From an uncultured Alphaproteobacteria bacterium (lineage in GTDB: Bacteria; Pseudomonadota; Alphaproteobacteria; RF32; CAG-239), in NCBI GenBank assembly GCA_944393175.1, contig CALXZH010000024.1, positions 29,813-93,812 of the forward strand: a DNA stretch of 64,000 bases. Direction: 5' to 3'. The notes below the pieces were generated by a model. It did not search any database, was not told where the DNA came from, and saw only the letters and a list, made by a program, of their open reading frames with translations. Made by a program: the position numbers and the translations under genes. This document shows positions 27,551-37,695 of this stretch, one piece after another. Numbering within the stretch: position 1 is the stretch's first letter; every line of letters starts with the position of its first letter.

Positions 27551-28543
27551 ATGGTTAAATCTAATGAAAACAGTGCTTATAAAAGAGGGCAAGAATTGCT
27601 CGATCAAGGCATGTATAAAGAAGCTATCGCTCAATTCGACGAAGCTATTGCCGAGCAGCCTAAATCTTGGAAGGCCTTAAATAGTAAAGGCTTTGCTTTT
27701 CAAAAAATGAGCAAATATACGGAAGCTGTCGAATGCTTTGATAAAGCTTTACAGCTCAATCCTGAGTCTGTCGAAGTCTTAAATAATAAAGGCGTTACTT
27801 TAAGTATGCGTGGGTTGTATAAAGACGCAATTGCCTGTTTTGATCAAGCTGTGGCTATCGACCAGACTTCATTAGAGGCTTTAAATGGTAAAGCTATTGC
27901 TTTACAACATATGTTCGCTTACAAAGAGGCTTTGGATGTTTTGGAACAAGCTATGAAAATTGACAGCAAACATCCGCAGACTTTATTGTCTATTGCCGTT
28001 ACGTTACAAAAATTAAAACAATATGATCGCGCAATTTCATTCTTTAAAAAAGTTTTATCTAACGACAAAACCAATATTAAAGCTTGGAATGGCGTCGGTG
28101 TTACTTATCAATTGATGGGGGATAATAATTCCGCTCTCAAGTGTTTTACAAAAATTTTGAATATTGACAGTCATGAAATTCAGGCATGGATTAGTATCGG
28201 TTTCGTGTACCAAAAAATGCTTAAATTTAATGATGCTCTGAAATGTTATAAAAAAGCACAATCCTTAATTAATAACAATTATCATCACAAGCTTTATGAC
28301 GGTTTGGCCAGTTGTTTGACCAAGCTATCTGAATTTGATCAGGCTATTGAGGTTTACAAACAAATTTTTCAAAGAGAAGAGGGAAAGAAAAAGTGGGATG
28401 CTCAGCGCTCGATTAAGTTTGTAAACAAGTTAAAACGCAAAAAAGCTATTGGTGCATTGCCTGAAATCGTACCATCCGGAAGTGCTAATCCAGCGACTTC
28501 CACAGCACCGAATAGTTCATCTACAGATAGTGGTGCAATGTAG
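27551..28543 (+). CDS. TPR repeat protein
   Basis: 330 aa with ~8 clear 34-aa TPR units (W-LG-Y, A--F--A pattern). Confidence 0.7.
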   Translation: MVKSNENSAYKRGQELLDQGMYKEAIAQFDEAIAEQPKSWKALNSKGFAFQKMSKYTEAVECFDKALQLNPESVEVLNNKGVTLSMRGLYKDAIACFDQAVAIDQTSLEALNGKAIALQHMFAYKEALDVLEQAMKIDSKHPQTLLSIAVTLQKLKQYDRAISFFKKVLSNDKTNIKAWNGVGVTYQLMGDNNSALKCFTKILNIDSHEIQAWISIGFVYQKMLKFNDALKCYKKAQSLINNNYHHKLYDGLASCLTKLSEFDQAIEVYKQIFQREEGKKKWDAQRSIKFVNKLKRKKAIGALPEIVPSGSANPATSTAPNSSSTDSGAM

Positions 28544-28552
28544 TTTATATTT

Positions 28553-28586
28553 CAAAAAAAAGCTCTTTTTTAAGAGCTTTTTTTAT
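28553..28586 (+). terminator. rho-independent terminator
   Basis: AGCTCTT-TTTT-AAGAGCT hairpin followed by T-run. Confidence 0.55.
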
Positions 28587-28606
28587 GGTGTAAAGGATTG
28601 AGAACA

Positions 28607-28933
28607 ATGCATTATATGCGTTTGCAAGAGAAATATTTTAATTTGGTAGAAAGTGGTATAAAAACAATTGAATTGCGTCTTTGTGACGAAAAAAGACAGC
28701 TTATTTGTGAGGGTGATATAATAGAATTTTCCAAAACAAATAATCCAATGCAGAAATGTCTCAAAAAAGTTAAAGCTCTTTATGCGGCGCGAGATTTCGA
28801 ACAACTTTGCGAGAAGATAGATATTGCTAAAACCGGATTTCAAACCTCTGCAGAATTAGTACGTGTGTTAAATCAATTTTATTTAGCTGAAGAACAAGAA
28901 AAGTATGGCGTATTGGCAATAGAATTAGAATAA
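28607..28933 (+). CDS. ASCH-domain protein
   Basis: ~108 aa; EKYFNLVESGIKTIELR N-terminal ASCH/PUA-like signature. Confidence 0.5.
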   Translation: MHYMRLQEKYFNLVESGIKTIELRLCDEKRQLICEGDIIEFSKTNNPMQKCLKKVKALYAARDFEQLCEKIDIAKTGFQTSAELVRVLNQFYLAEEQEKYGVLAIELE

Positions 28934-29011
28934 GTGCCTCTTGCAAAGAATTGAAAAAAAACAGAATCGTGATTATCTCCAAAATGTGTGATTATTTTGA
29001 GGAGATTAATT

Positions 29012-29257
29012 ATGAAAACAGTCGTGAAATATATTTTTTATTTGGCATTACTCGCAGTGGTGTATATCGTTGCAAAAGGTGTTTGGGAGGGGAGCATTAC
29101 CGATCAATCCACCGTATCACAAGTGGCCACAGATGTTAAAGATGGAGCGCAGAATATGGCTAACGGTGTTGTGCGTGAAGCCAAAAAATTTAATACACAC
29201 GTAGATGAAGAAATGGAAAAAGATGTCAATGAGATGAAATCAGATGCAACGAAGTAG
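29012..29257 (+). CDS. small hypothetical membrane-anchored protein
   Basis: 81 aa from ATG at 29012 (GAGGAG RBS), one N-terminal TM helix, charged C-terminus. Confidence 0.4.
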   Translation: MKTVVKYIFYLALLAVVYIVAKGVWEGSITDQSTVSQVATDVKDGAQNMANGVVREAKKFNTHVDEEMEKDVNEMKSDATK

Positions 29258-29259
29258 TC

Positions 29260-29295
29260 AAAAAAAACACCGCTTTCAAAGCGGTGTTTTTTTAT
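29260..29295. terminator. bidirectional rho-independent terminator
   Basis: ACACCGC-TTTCAAA-GCGGTGT hairpin flanked by A-run/T-run. Confidence 0.65.
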
Positions 29296-29894
29296 TATTT
29301 TGATTTAGCTTGCAAATCTTTAATCAAGGCATCAATGCCGCCGGGATTGTTCTTGATATAGGCGGTGTATTCATTACGGGCTGAAATTGCTAAGCTGACG
29401 TTTTCAATAATGATGTCAACAATTTTGAATTTGTCGCCGGTTTGTTTAACTCTCCAAACTACTTTTGCCGGTTCTCCTTGCTCCATCGGAACAACGGAAT
29501 TTACAAAAACTTGATTGGCTGATTTTGAAGGACTGGTGCCCTTAAAAATAAAGTTTTTACCTTTAAATTCATCAAAACGTTGAGACCATGTTTTAATATT
29601 TAAAGCACGATACGCTTCAATAAAATCGGTTCTTTGTTGCGGCGTTGCTGTTCTCCAATAACGCCCCAAAACAAATTGGCCAATGAAATCCAAATCTAAG
29701 GCATTATTAAAAAGTTTTTTGAAGCGGGCATCTTTTTCGGCTTGCGGAATGTTGGCATTGATTATATCTTTAATGCCGTTGTCGGTTACTTGTATTACAA
29801 ATGTTTCTGCCTTTTGCGCATCTACGGCAGCTTGTGCAGCAGTCGTGTGCATAAATAAAGCTAAAGCCAAAATCATAAGGAAGTTTTTTTTCAT
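29295..29894 (-). CDS. mlaC: MlaC/Ttg2D-family periplasmic phospholipid-binding protein
   Basis: 199 aa, signal peptide, conserved MlaC segment (FVLGRYWRTATPQQRTDFIEAYRAL). Confidence 0.7.
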   Translation of the reverse strand: MKKNFLMILALALFMHTTAAQAAVDAQKAETFVIQVTDNGIKDIINANIPQAEKDARFKKLFNNALDLDFIGQFVLGRYWRTATPQQRTDFIEAYRALNIKTWSQRFDEFKGKNFIFKGTSPSKSANQVFVNSVVPMEQGEPAKVVWRVKQTGDKFKIVDIIIENVSLAISARNEYTAYIKNNPGGIDALIKDLQAKSK

Positions 29895-29915
29895 TAGTCA
29901 TTACTCCAGTAGACG

Positions 29916-30716
29916 TTATTGGTTTTCCATTTCGTTGTAAATTTCATCTTCATCTTCAACGCCAAAGTCAAAGTCATAAGCGGCTTGAGCATTGCTTTCG
30001 GTGTCATTGTAACACCCGCTTTGACCACGGTTTTGCAGATATGCCGAACGCATTGCCGCATAGAAGTCAACCGAATTGCGCTCTAAATCGTTCCAAATAT
30101 CCATCACAGATTCACGGGTAGCCACACCAGAAACAACGGCGTAAGAATAGGTGACTTTATCGTGTACATTGGCATCATTATAAGTTGCCCAATATAATGG
30201 GTTGAAGGCGGAATCAAGTGCTAAGGAAACAGCCGCACGCGGTGTGCTCGGACCAAAAATCGGCAAAATCAGGTACGGACCGTCTTTTACACACCATTTG
30301 GCCAAAGTCGAATCAAAACCGGCTTGCTTACGCGGAAAACCCCAGCCTTCGGCAACATCATACATGCCGGCTAAGCCCAGAGTGGAGTTTACGGCAAAGC
30401 GGAAAAGGCTTATTCCGCTGTCCTTAAACTCACCTTGCAGAAGATTATTGGTGGCATAAAGCGGTTCTTTTAAGTTGGCAAGAGCGGTGTTGACGCGTCT
30501 GCGAATATAAGGGGTGGTAATATCACGATAGCCTTCAGCCAAGGGTTTTAGAATATATTTATCAAATTCATAGTTGAACTTGAACATTGCACGGTTATAC
30601 GCTTCAAGGGTATCGGTTTGATCGTGTTCATCGGTGACTGAACGGGAAGTAGTACATGAGGTTGTTGTTACCATCATAAAAGACAGCAGTACCACAAACA
30701 AAACTTTTTTCTGCAC
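29916..30716 (-). CDS. mlaA: MlaA/VacJ-family outer-membrane lipoprotein
   Basis: 266 aa; lipoprotein signal (TTSC); VacJ-like conserved segments (NRAMFKFNYEFDKYILKPLAEGY, GPYLILPIFGPST). Confidence 0.75.
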   Translation of the reverse strand: MQKKVLFVVLLSFMMVTTTSCTTSRSVTDEHDQTDTLEAYNRAMFKFNYEFDKYILKPLAEGYRDITTPYIRRRVNTALANLKEPLYATNNLLQGEFKDSGISLFRFAVNSTLGLAGMYDVAEGWGFPRKQAGFDSTLAKWCVKDGPYLILPIFGPSTPRAAVSLALDSAFNPLYWATYNDANVHDKVTYSYAVVSGVATRESVMDIWNDLERNSVDFYAAMRSAYLQNRGQSGCYNDTESNAQAAYDFDFGVEDEDEIYNEMENQ

Positions 30717-30852
30717 GGAATTTCCTTTCTTGGCAGTTTTTCAAGTTAATAATTGTCCAAAATATAACATTATTTTTTTTGAAATCAATAGATTTATTAT
30801 TAAATGGTTAATAGTTTGAAATGTATATTAGGTAAGTTGTAGGAGAAAAAAT

Positions 30853-31629
30853 ATGTTTGTTGCTCATATTTCGGATTTGCATATCGGCGATAGAACCAAA
30901 AATGGAACTCAAAATTTGCAGAAAATGGTCGATGTCCTCAATCATTTTAATCTGGATTTTGACTGCGTTATCGTGACGGGAGATATTGTGCACGGCAGTT
31001 CTAAACAAGATTACAAAGTTGCATTTGAGCTCCTTAATCAACTCAAATATCCTTATTTTGTAATTACGGGCAACAAAGACGGAACGCAAAATCTTCAAGA
31101 AGCATTAGAACTTTATTGCCCCGGTCATCCCCGAGGAGAAGATGGGCTCGGTCTGCAATATGAGGTTGATGATTTTGCAGTGAAAATCTTAGCGCTTGAT
31201 ACATATCAAACAGGTGTGATGAACGGTGAGCTAAGTGTCAAAAAATTAGCCTGGTTGGAGCAAAAGCTCAAAAAAAATACTGAACAACATGAGCCAAAGC
31301 CGGTCATGATTTTGGTGCATCAATTCCCGTTTGATTGGCGTTCTCACACTTTCGATAACAAGAGGCCAAGCTGGTATGAGGATTTTAAGATGATTGTCAG
31401 CCAATACGAATCGTCTATAAAGCTCGTAGCTTGCGGTCATTTGCATAATCCCGTGTCAGGCAATATTGACGGCGTACCCGTAGTGGTGGCTCCGAGTGTG
31501 AATTGGCGGGCGAAATATGATTTTACACCGGTACAAGATATTGTGGCTGATAAGACGTCTTTAGGCTTTTATGTGCACCAAATTGATAAAAATCAGGTGA
31601 TTTCTTGTTTGGTAACCTTTCCGCTCTGA
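30853..31629 (+). CDS. calcineurin-like metallophosphoesterase
   Basis: 258 aa; DLHIGD, GDIVH, GNKD, GHLH metallophosphatase motifs. Confidence 0.7.
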   Translation: MFVAHISDLHIGDRTKNGTQNLQKMVDVLNHFNLDFDCVIVTGDIVHGSSKQDYKVAFELLNQLKYPYFVITGNKDGTQNLQEALELYCPGHPRGEDGLGLQYEVDDFAVKILALDTYQTGVMNGELSVKKLAWLEQKLKKNTEQHEPKPVMILVHQFPFDWRSHTFDNKRPSWYEDFKMIVSQYESSIKLVACGHLHNPVSGNIDGVPVVVAPSVNWRAKYDFTPVQDIVADKTSLGFYVHQIDKNQVISCLVTFPL

Positions 31630-31723
31630 TTTTGTTACAAAGACGTAACCTTTTGTGTTTTGCTTTTAGAAAATAATTGTCTTAGTATCACTTTCAGTTA
31701 AAAACTTTATGAAGGATAATAAA

Positions 31724-32884
31724 ATGACTAGTAAACCAGCAAAACCATTAAATTTGTTTGACTGTGCTACAACTCAAAAAGTTATCGGTCAAGAAAAATT
31801 CTTGGATGCTTTTAAGACTATTTTGAATCACGGTGGATATGCCCAAGGTCCGGAAACTCGTGAGTTAGACCAAAAATTGGCTGAATATTCCGGCACTAAA
31901 TTTGCAGCTACCTGCGGTTCAGGTACAGATGCTTTGACCTTGGCTTTGATGGCTTGGGGTGTAAAACCGGGCGATGCCGTATTTGTTTCTTCTTTCACAT
32001 TCGTTGCTTCGGCCGAAGCTCCGGTTTTGCTCGGCGCTACTCCGATTTTTGTTGATTCTGATCCTGAAACCTACAATATGAATCCGAAAGATTTGGAAAA
32101 AGCTATCGAAGAAGTTAAAAAAGAAGGAAAACTTAATTTGAAGGCCGTTGTCGCCGTTGATATTTTCGGTTCTCCTTGTGATTATGATGCAATTCTTGAA
32201 ATTGCTCACAAAAACGGTATGAAAGTTTTGTCTGACTCTTGCCAATCTTACGGCTCTGTTTATAAAGGCAAAAAAGCTGGTTCTATTGCCGATATGTCTG
32301 CTACTTCTTTCTATCCGACAAAACCGTTGGCTGCTTATGGTGATGGCGGTGCCGTATTTACCAATTCCGAAGAAGAAAATGAATTGGTTAAATCTTGCCG
32401 TGTTCACGGTATGAGCCCTGAAGATCACTATGATAATGTTCGCTTGGGTATTACAGGTCGTATGAACTCTTTCCAAGCTGCCGTTTTGTTGCAAAAATTG
32501 AAGGTATTTGATCAAGAGCTCAAAGACAGATATCGTGTTGCCAGCCGTTATGACAATGAATTGGATAGCTATTTTGGCAAACAACGCATTTTGGATAACT
32601 GCCGTTCTGCATACGCTTTGTACACCATTAACTGTGAAGACCGTGATGAATTGATGGCCTTCTTAAAAGAAAACGGTATTCCTTGCGGTGCTTATTATCC
32701 GCGTCCGGTTCACACACAAACTGCTTATGCTAAGTGGAACACTCGTTCTTTGCCGGTTTGTGAAAAACTTTCTAAGAGTGTCTTGTCTATCCCGATGACA
32801 CCGTATCTGGATAATGAAGATTTGGATTATGTCATCTCGAAGATGAACGAATTTGCTCAAATGAAAAAAAGCAAAGCCGCTTAA
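31724..32884 (+). CDS. DegT/DnrJ/EryC1/StrS-family PLP-dependent sugar aminotransferase
   Basis: ~386 aa; family-typical segments (CGSGTDALTLAL, SFYPTKPL PLP-Lys region); ATG 31724 preceded by AAGGA RBS. Confidence 0.85.
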   Translation: MTSKPAKPLNLFDCATTQKVIGQEKFLDAFKTILNHGGYAQGPETRELDQKLAEYSGTKFAATCGSGTDALTLALMAWGVKPGDAVFVSSFTFVASAEAPVLLGATPIFVDSDPETYNMNPKDLEKAIEEVKKEGKLNLKAVVAVDIFGSPCDYDAILEIAHKNGMKVLSDSCQSYGSVYKGKKAGSIADMSATSFYPTKPLAAYGDGGAVFTNSEEENELVKSCRVHGMSPEDHYDNVRLGITGRMNSFQAAVLLQKLKVFDQELKDRYRVASRYDNELDSYFGKQRILDNCRSAYALYTINCEDRDELMAFLKENGIPCGAYYPRPVHTQTAYAKWNTRSLPVCEKLSKSVLSIPMTPYLDNEDLDYVISKMNEFAQMKKSKAA

Positions 32885-32897
32885 TTGATTTGAGTGT

Positions 32898-32933
32898 AAA
32901 AAAACCTCCGCTTTTGAGCGGAGGTTTTTTTTA
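32898..32933. terminator. bidirectional rho-independent terminator
   Basis: CCTCCGC-TTTTGA-GCGGAGG hairpin with flanking A/T runs. Confidence 0.65.
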
Positions 32934-32937
32934 TGTT

Positions 32938-33666
32938 CTATCGGCGTTTGGGAGTTTTATAGAAAAACTCATAAATATTGAGATAAATCACACACTGAAT
33001 GACCGTAAACAAGGCGCTGAAAAAAGCACGCAAAAACCATGAGTTGGCAGAAAGCAAAAATATGGCAAAAGGCAGTAAGCCATAAATGATAAAACAGATA
33101 AAGAATATGCGCCAATAGTTATCTTTGGCGTGGAAAAAGGTGAGGGTGATGGAGGCATTGCGTCCAATAACTGCTGATACCCAAGCCAAAGCCGGAATAT
33201 AAAATAACACTGTTAAAAGCAGGAACATGGCGCCGTATAAAGCGTAACGAAATGTTTGGGAGGTGATAAAATTGGCCCAAAAATTCTTGATGTGTGGAAA
33301 AATCTCCAGCGGGGTGAGCAGCCATAAGCCGAAAAGTAACAGCATTTTTAGAAACATCAGACAAGCAAAAGCCAAAAGTGAAATGGTAATGGCTCTTATT
33401 AAAGCATTAATAAATTCGGCTTTTTTTATGAGAGGACGACGTTTGAAATAAACACGGACAAAACAAAAGTAAAAAATATAGGTATAGATGATATAAATAA
33501 GACCGCCTAAAGGATTGTCCATGAGATTGAAACCACCTAAAAGGTATATCCCCACAAAAGAGAGCAGAAAAAAAATGCTGAGACTTGCAAGGTGGTGCTT
33601 GATATGCAAATAGCTATGATAAAAGATAGAAAAAATCGGCAAATGTTTCGTCATGATTGACCTCAC
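32938..33666 (-). CDS. hypothetical polytopic membrane protein
   Basis: 242-aa ORF, ~6 hydrophobic helices, aromatic-rich, no family recognised. Confidence 0.4.
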   Translation of the reverse strand: MRSIMTKHLPIFSIFYHSYLHIKHHLASLSIFFLLSFVGIYLLGGFNLMDNPLGGLIYIIYTYIFYFCFVRVYFKRRPLIKKAEFINALIRAITISLLAFACLMFLKMLLLFGLWLLTPLEIFPHIKNFWANFITSQTFRYALYGAMFLLLTVLFYIPALAWVSAVIGRNASITLTFFHAKDNYWRIFFICFIIYGLLPFAIFLLSANSWFLRAFFSALFTVIQCVIYLNIYEFFYKTPKRR

Positions 33667-33772
33667 AACAGTTAGATATATATTCTTACTCTAGCCGATT
33701 TTTTAGAAAAATAAACCCCTAATTTAGAAAAAACAAAACCTCCTTTTCAAAAGGAGGTTTTGTTTGCTTGGT

Positions 33773-35122
33773 TTATTTGCCGGCTTTTTTCTTTTCAATA
33801 AATTGCTCAAGCCAGTGAATATTATATTGACCATCAATATATTCGGCTTGGGAAATAATCTCTTGATGCAGAGGAATCGTTGTCTTGACACCTTCAATGA
33901 CAAATTCTTCCAAAGCACGACGTAACCGCATGAGTGCGGCATTACGGGTTTTGCCGTGAACAATCAACTTGGCAATCATACTGTCATAAAACGGCGGTAT
34001 GGTATAGCCGGAGTAAATTTCAGAATCAACACGGATGCCTAGGCCTCCGGGAGCATGCCACTCGGTGATTTTTCCGGGGCAGGGAACAAAAGTTTCCGGA
34101 TCTTCGGCATTGATACGGCACTCAATGGCATGACCATGGAAGGTGATGTCATCTTGTGTGTAGCCAAGTTCAGCTCCGCTGGCAATGCGAATCTGCTCTT
34201 TAACAATATCAATACCGGTAATGGCTTCGGTAATCGGGTGTTCTACTTGCAGACGTGTGTTCATTTCCATAAAATAGAAACGGCCGTCTTCATATAAAAA
34301 TTCCAGAGTTCCGGCGTTGGTATAACCGATTTTTTCGATGGCTTTGCGGACAATTTCACCGATTTCGCGGCGTTGCTGGTTGTTCAAAGCCGGAGAAGGG
34401 CATTCTTCAATAACCTTTTGGTTGCTGCGTTGGATGGAACAGTCGCGTTCGCCCAAGTGAACAACGTGTCCGTATTTATCGGCCAAAATTTGCATTTCGA
34501 TATGACGCGGTTTTTGCAAATATTTTTCCATATAAACCACATCACTGGTGAAAGCAGCTTTGGCTTCGGCACGAGCCATGGTGTAGGCTTCTTTAATTTC
34601 TTCGTCATTAAAGGCAATTTTCATACCTTTGCCGCCACCGCCGGCGGTTGCTTTAACAATTACCGGATAACCGATTTTATGGGCCCACTCAATGGCCATG
34701 TCCACACTCTCAAGTGCCGGAGAGCCCGGTGTTACCGGAATGCCTGCTTCTTGTGCAACTTTACGTGCGGTAATTTTATCGCCCATCAGGCGCATTTGGT
34801 CGGCGCTCGGGCCGATAAATGTGATGCCGTGTCTTTCAACCATTTCGGCAAAGTCGGCATTTTCAGATAGAAAACCGAATCCGGGGTGGATGGCATCGGC
34901 TCCCGTGATGAGTGCAGCGGAAATAATTGCCGGCTTGTTAAGGTAAGAATCGGCTGAACGGGCAGGTCCGATGCAGACAGCTTCATCAGCTAAACGAACA
35001 TGCATCGCATCGGCATCAGCCTCAGAGTGTACGGCAACCGTACGAATACCCATTTCGCGACAAGCACGATGAATTCTCAGGGCTACTTCTCCACGGTTGG
35101 CAATCAGTACTTTTTCAAACAT
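33773..35122 (-). CDS. accC: acetyl-CoA carboxylase biotin carboxylase subunit
   Basis: 449 aa; ATP-grasp biotin carboxylase signature throughout (MFEKVLIANRGE..., EMNTR), adjacent to accB. Confidence 0.9.
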   Translation of the reverse strand: MFEKVLIANRGEVALRIHRACREMGIRTVAVHSEADADAMHVRLADEAVCIGPARSADSYLNKPAIISAALITGADAIHPGFGFLSENADFAEMVERHGITFIGPSADQMRLMGDKITARKVAQEAGIPVTPGSPALESVDMAIEWAHKIGYPVIVKATAGGGGKGMKIAFNDEEIKEAYTMARAEAKAAFTSDVVYMEKYLQKPRHIEMQILADKYGHVVHLGERDCSIQRSNQKVIEECPSPALNNQQRREIGEIVRKAIEKIGYTNAGTLEFLYEDGRFYFMEMNTRLQVEHPITEAITGIDIVKEQIRIASGAELGYTQDDITFHGHAIECRINAEDPETFVPCPGKITEWHAPGGLGIRVDSEIYSGYTIPPFYDSMIAKLIVHGKTRNAALMRLRRALEEFVIEGVKTTIPLHQEIISQAEYIDGQYNIHWLEQFIEKKKAGK

Positions 35123-35140
35123 ATATTTATCCTAGAAATG

Positions 35141-35629
35141 TTATTCAATAACGATTAACGGTTCACCATATTCAACCGGGTCGCCGCCTGAAACCAAAAT
35201 CTTGGTTACTTTACCTGCCGTGTGGGCTTTTACGGGGTTAAAGGTCTTCATGGCTTCAATTAAGCAAACCGTGTCACCGACATTTACACTGTCGCCGACT
35301 TTAACATAGTCCGGAGAGTTCGGATCGCTGGAGAGGTAAACAACGCCAACCATCGGAGATTTTACGCAACCCGGAAGTTTGGCATAATCTTCTTCGGATA
35401 CCGGAGCAGGTGTCGCAGGCGCTGCAGGTGCTGCAGGCGCAACTGCCGGTGCGGCAACAGGAGCGGCAATAACGGGAGCCGGAGCTGAAACCATCGGTGC
35501 GGCATGCGGTAATTCTCTGGTTAAACAGATGCGGCAGCCTTCATCTTCATATTCAAGCTCGGTCAGGTTGCTTTTATCCAAGATTTCAGCTAATTTGCTG
35601 ATTACTTTTGTATCTAATGGATTAGACAT
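35141..35629 (-). CDS. accB: acetyl-CoA carboxylase biotin carboxyl carrier protein
   Basis: 162 aa; Ala/Pro-rich linker; biotinylation motif EAMKT in C-terminal lipoyl-like domain. Confidence 0.85.
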   Translation of the reverse strand: MSNPLDTKVISKLAEILDKSNLTELEYEDEGCRICLTRELPHAAPMVSAPAPVIAAPVAAPAVAPAAPAAPATPAPVSEEDYAKLPGCVKSPMVGVVYLSSDPNSPDYVKVGDSVNVGDTVCLIEAMKTFNPVKAHTAGKVTKILVSGGDPVEYGEPLIVIE

Positions 35630-35883
35630 ATTGTTATTCTCTCTTTCTTAATAAAAGTTATTATTCCTAGCTGCATTTTTACCGCTTATTTTTCATAAAA
35701 ACAACAAAAATCTTCTTTTTTTACCAAAATTGAGCAAAAAATAGCCCATTTTTGCTAAAAAATGCTCATTTTTTAATCATATATAAAAAATATGGAAATC
35801 GGTTGTGGGAATACTATCTCACAGTTTGCTTGGCATAAGATATGCATTATTTATAACAGGCTTTTATGGGAAAGGAGAATAAT

Positions 35884-36318
35884 ATGGAAAATTATTTATG
35901 GCTTATTTATGCGTTGTTATCGGCAGTATGTGCCGCTTTGGTCAGTGTGTGCGGAAAAATCGGGTTGCAAGGATTAGATGCAAATACAGCTACCGTTATT
36001 CGGGCGGTGATTATGGCGTTGTTTTTGGTTTGTGTAATGTTGGTACAACAAAATTTCAGCCATGTCAGCGGCATTTTGTCTGACAAAAAAGCCATGCTTT
36101 GGATTGCTATCAGCGGTATTGCCGGAGCATTGTCTTGGTTGTTTTATTTTGTGGCTTTGAAATACGGAAAAGTCTCGCAGGTGGCACCGGTGGATAAGTT
36201 AAGCGTGGTTTTAGCAACAATCATTGCCGTGGCTTTTTTGCACGAAACCGTTTCTTGGCTGAGCGCCGGAGGAATTGCGTTGATTACGGTCGGAATTATT
36301 TGTGTGGCCCTTGGATAA
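35884..36318 (+). CDS. small EamA/DMT-superfamily membrane protein (4-5 TM)
   Basis: 144 aa from ATG 35884 (AAAGGAG RBS); EamA-like half-transporter pattern. Confidence 0.5.
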   Translation: MENYLWLIYALLSAVCAALVSVCGKIGLQGLDANTATVIRAVIMALFLVCVMLVQQNFSHVSGILSDKKAMLWIAISGIAGALSWLFYFVALKYGKVSQVAPVDKLSVVLATIIAVAFLHETVSWLSAGGIALITVGIICVALG

Positions 36319-36375
36319 AATGGCACAAAATTTGCATATAACTTCTTAAAGATTAACTTTGTGAGGATTCTTGAT

Positions 36376-37596
36376 ATGGCTTTAAGCAGTTTTACTCCTT
36401 CGGTTACCGGTATGACGGCGCAAGCTCATGCTATGGAAACCGTCAGTACAAATATTGCCAATATGCGTACCGTCGGTTATAAACCGAATGAAACCTTATT
36501 TAGTACACTGTTGGGAAGAAGCTCAAATTACAGCAATACAGTTGATGAGTTGAGTTCAAGCCATGTCGGTGTAAACGGCGTGAATTATTATGACAGAACA
36601 CTGATTAATTCGCAAGGATCAATCACTGCTACGGGAAATAATTATGATGTCGCCATAAATGGTGAAAATGCCTTTTTTGAGGTTAAAAGCGTCGTCGGGG
36701 GTGATGTTTTTTATACCCGTGCCGGTGATTTTACGACCATGACGCAAGACGGTACAACTTATTTGGTAACGGGAAGCGGCTATAAGGTCCAAGGCTTTCC
36801 GGCTACGGAAGATGGCTTTGGCGGTTCAACCGAAGATATTGAAATCTTATATCAAGAAAAAGTGCCGTCTACGCCAACGACTAAAGCTTCCGTTATTGCA
36901 AATGTGCCGGCTGACGGGGTAGATACCAGCAGTTATGGTGTTACCGTCTATGGGCCGAATAATGACGGACGTACCATGAATATGCTCTTTTCCAAAGTGG
37001 AAGGAAAAATAAATACTTGGGAAATTACTTTTTCAATTGAAGATGGTAGTGTTACCGGTGGTCCGATTGAAGCTGTTTTTGATTCTGATGCGCAGTTGAT
37101 TAGCCCGAAAAATTTTGATATTACGGTTGATTGGGATGATGGATCATCAAATACCGTGGCTATGGATATTTCCAAAATGACGCAATATGCTGGTAGTTCG
37201 GGAATTACCAAAGTAGAACAAGACGGTTCGCCGAGCGGTAATTTTATCAAAAGTTTTATTGACGATAACGGTATTGTAAAAGCTTCTTACAGCAATGGTA
37301 AAGAAATTGCTTTTGCAAAGTTGGCTTTGGTCGGTTTTGAGTCTCCGGATAATTTAACACCAATTAATAATACCATGTTTGAGGCAAACGGAGATACGGG
37401 CGAAAGTCATTATGTTAACGGTGCAGATAAAAATATAACCGGACTTTTGCAGCCTCAGGCTGTCGAAGCTTCAGCCGTGAATGTGGAAAGCGAATTTTCT
37501 AAAATGATTGTGGTACAGCGTGCCTATACTTTAAATACGCAGTCATTCAGTGCAAATAATGAAATGTTGCAAACAATCGTTAATTTAAAATCTTAA
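36376..37596 (+). CDS. flgE: flagellar hook protein FlgE-like (FlgE/F/G rod-hook family)
   Basis: ~407 aa; N-terminal FlgE/FlgG conserved region (TGMTAQAHAMETVSTNIANMRTVGYK) and C-terminal VVQRAYTLNTQSFSANNEMLQTIVNLK; size fits hook rather than rod; GAGGA RBS before ATG 36376. Confidence 0.6.
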   Translation: MALSSFTPSVTGMTAQAHAMETVSTNIANMRTVGYKPNETLFSTLLGRSSNYSNTVDELSSSHVGVNGVNYYDRTLINSQGSITATGNNYDVAINGENAFFEVKSVVGGDVFYTRAGDFTTMTQDGTTYLVTGSGYKVQGFPATEDGFGGSTEDIEILYQEKVPSTPTTKASVIANVPADGVDTSSYGVTVYGPNNDGRTMNMLFSKVEGKINTWEITFSIEDGSVTGGPIEAVFDSDAQLISPKNFDITVDWDDGSSNTVAMDISKMTQYAGSSGITKVEQDGSPSGNFIKSFIDDNGIVKASYSNGKEIAFAKLALVGFESPDNLTPINNTMFEANGDTGESHYVNGADKNITGLLQPQAVEASAVNVESEFSKMIVVQRAYTLNTQSFSANNEMLQTIVNLKS

Positions 37597-37611
37597 ATTT
37601 CACTCTCTTTA

Positions 37612-37655
37612 GGAAAAAAAAGCGTGAAAGTCATTGACTTCCACGCTTTTTTTTG
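37612..37655 (+). terminator. rho-independent terminator
   Basis: AGCGTG...CACGCT long hairpin followed by TTTTTTTT. Confidence 0.5.
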
Positions 37656-37695
37656 TGTATCTTGAATAAGTCATATTATCAGAGGAGACATAGCG

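Noticed and set aside
35640-35800. Repeated A-tract motifs (GCAAAAAAT / GCTAAAAAAT / GCTCATTTTTT) upstream of accB
   Set aside because: Probably ordinary AT-rich promoter/UP-element DNA for the accBC operon. No clear higher-order repeat or RNA structure.
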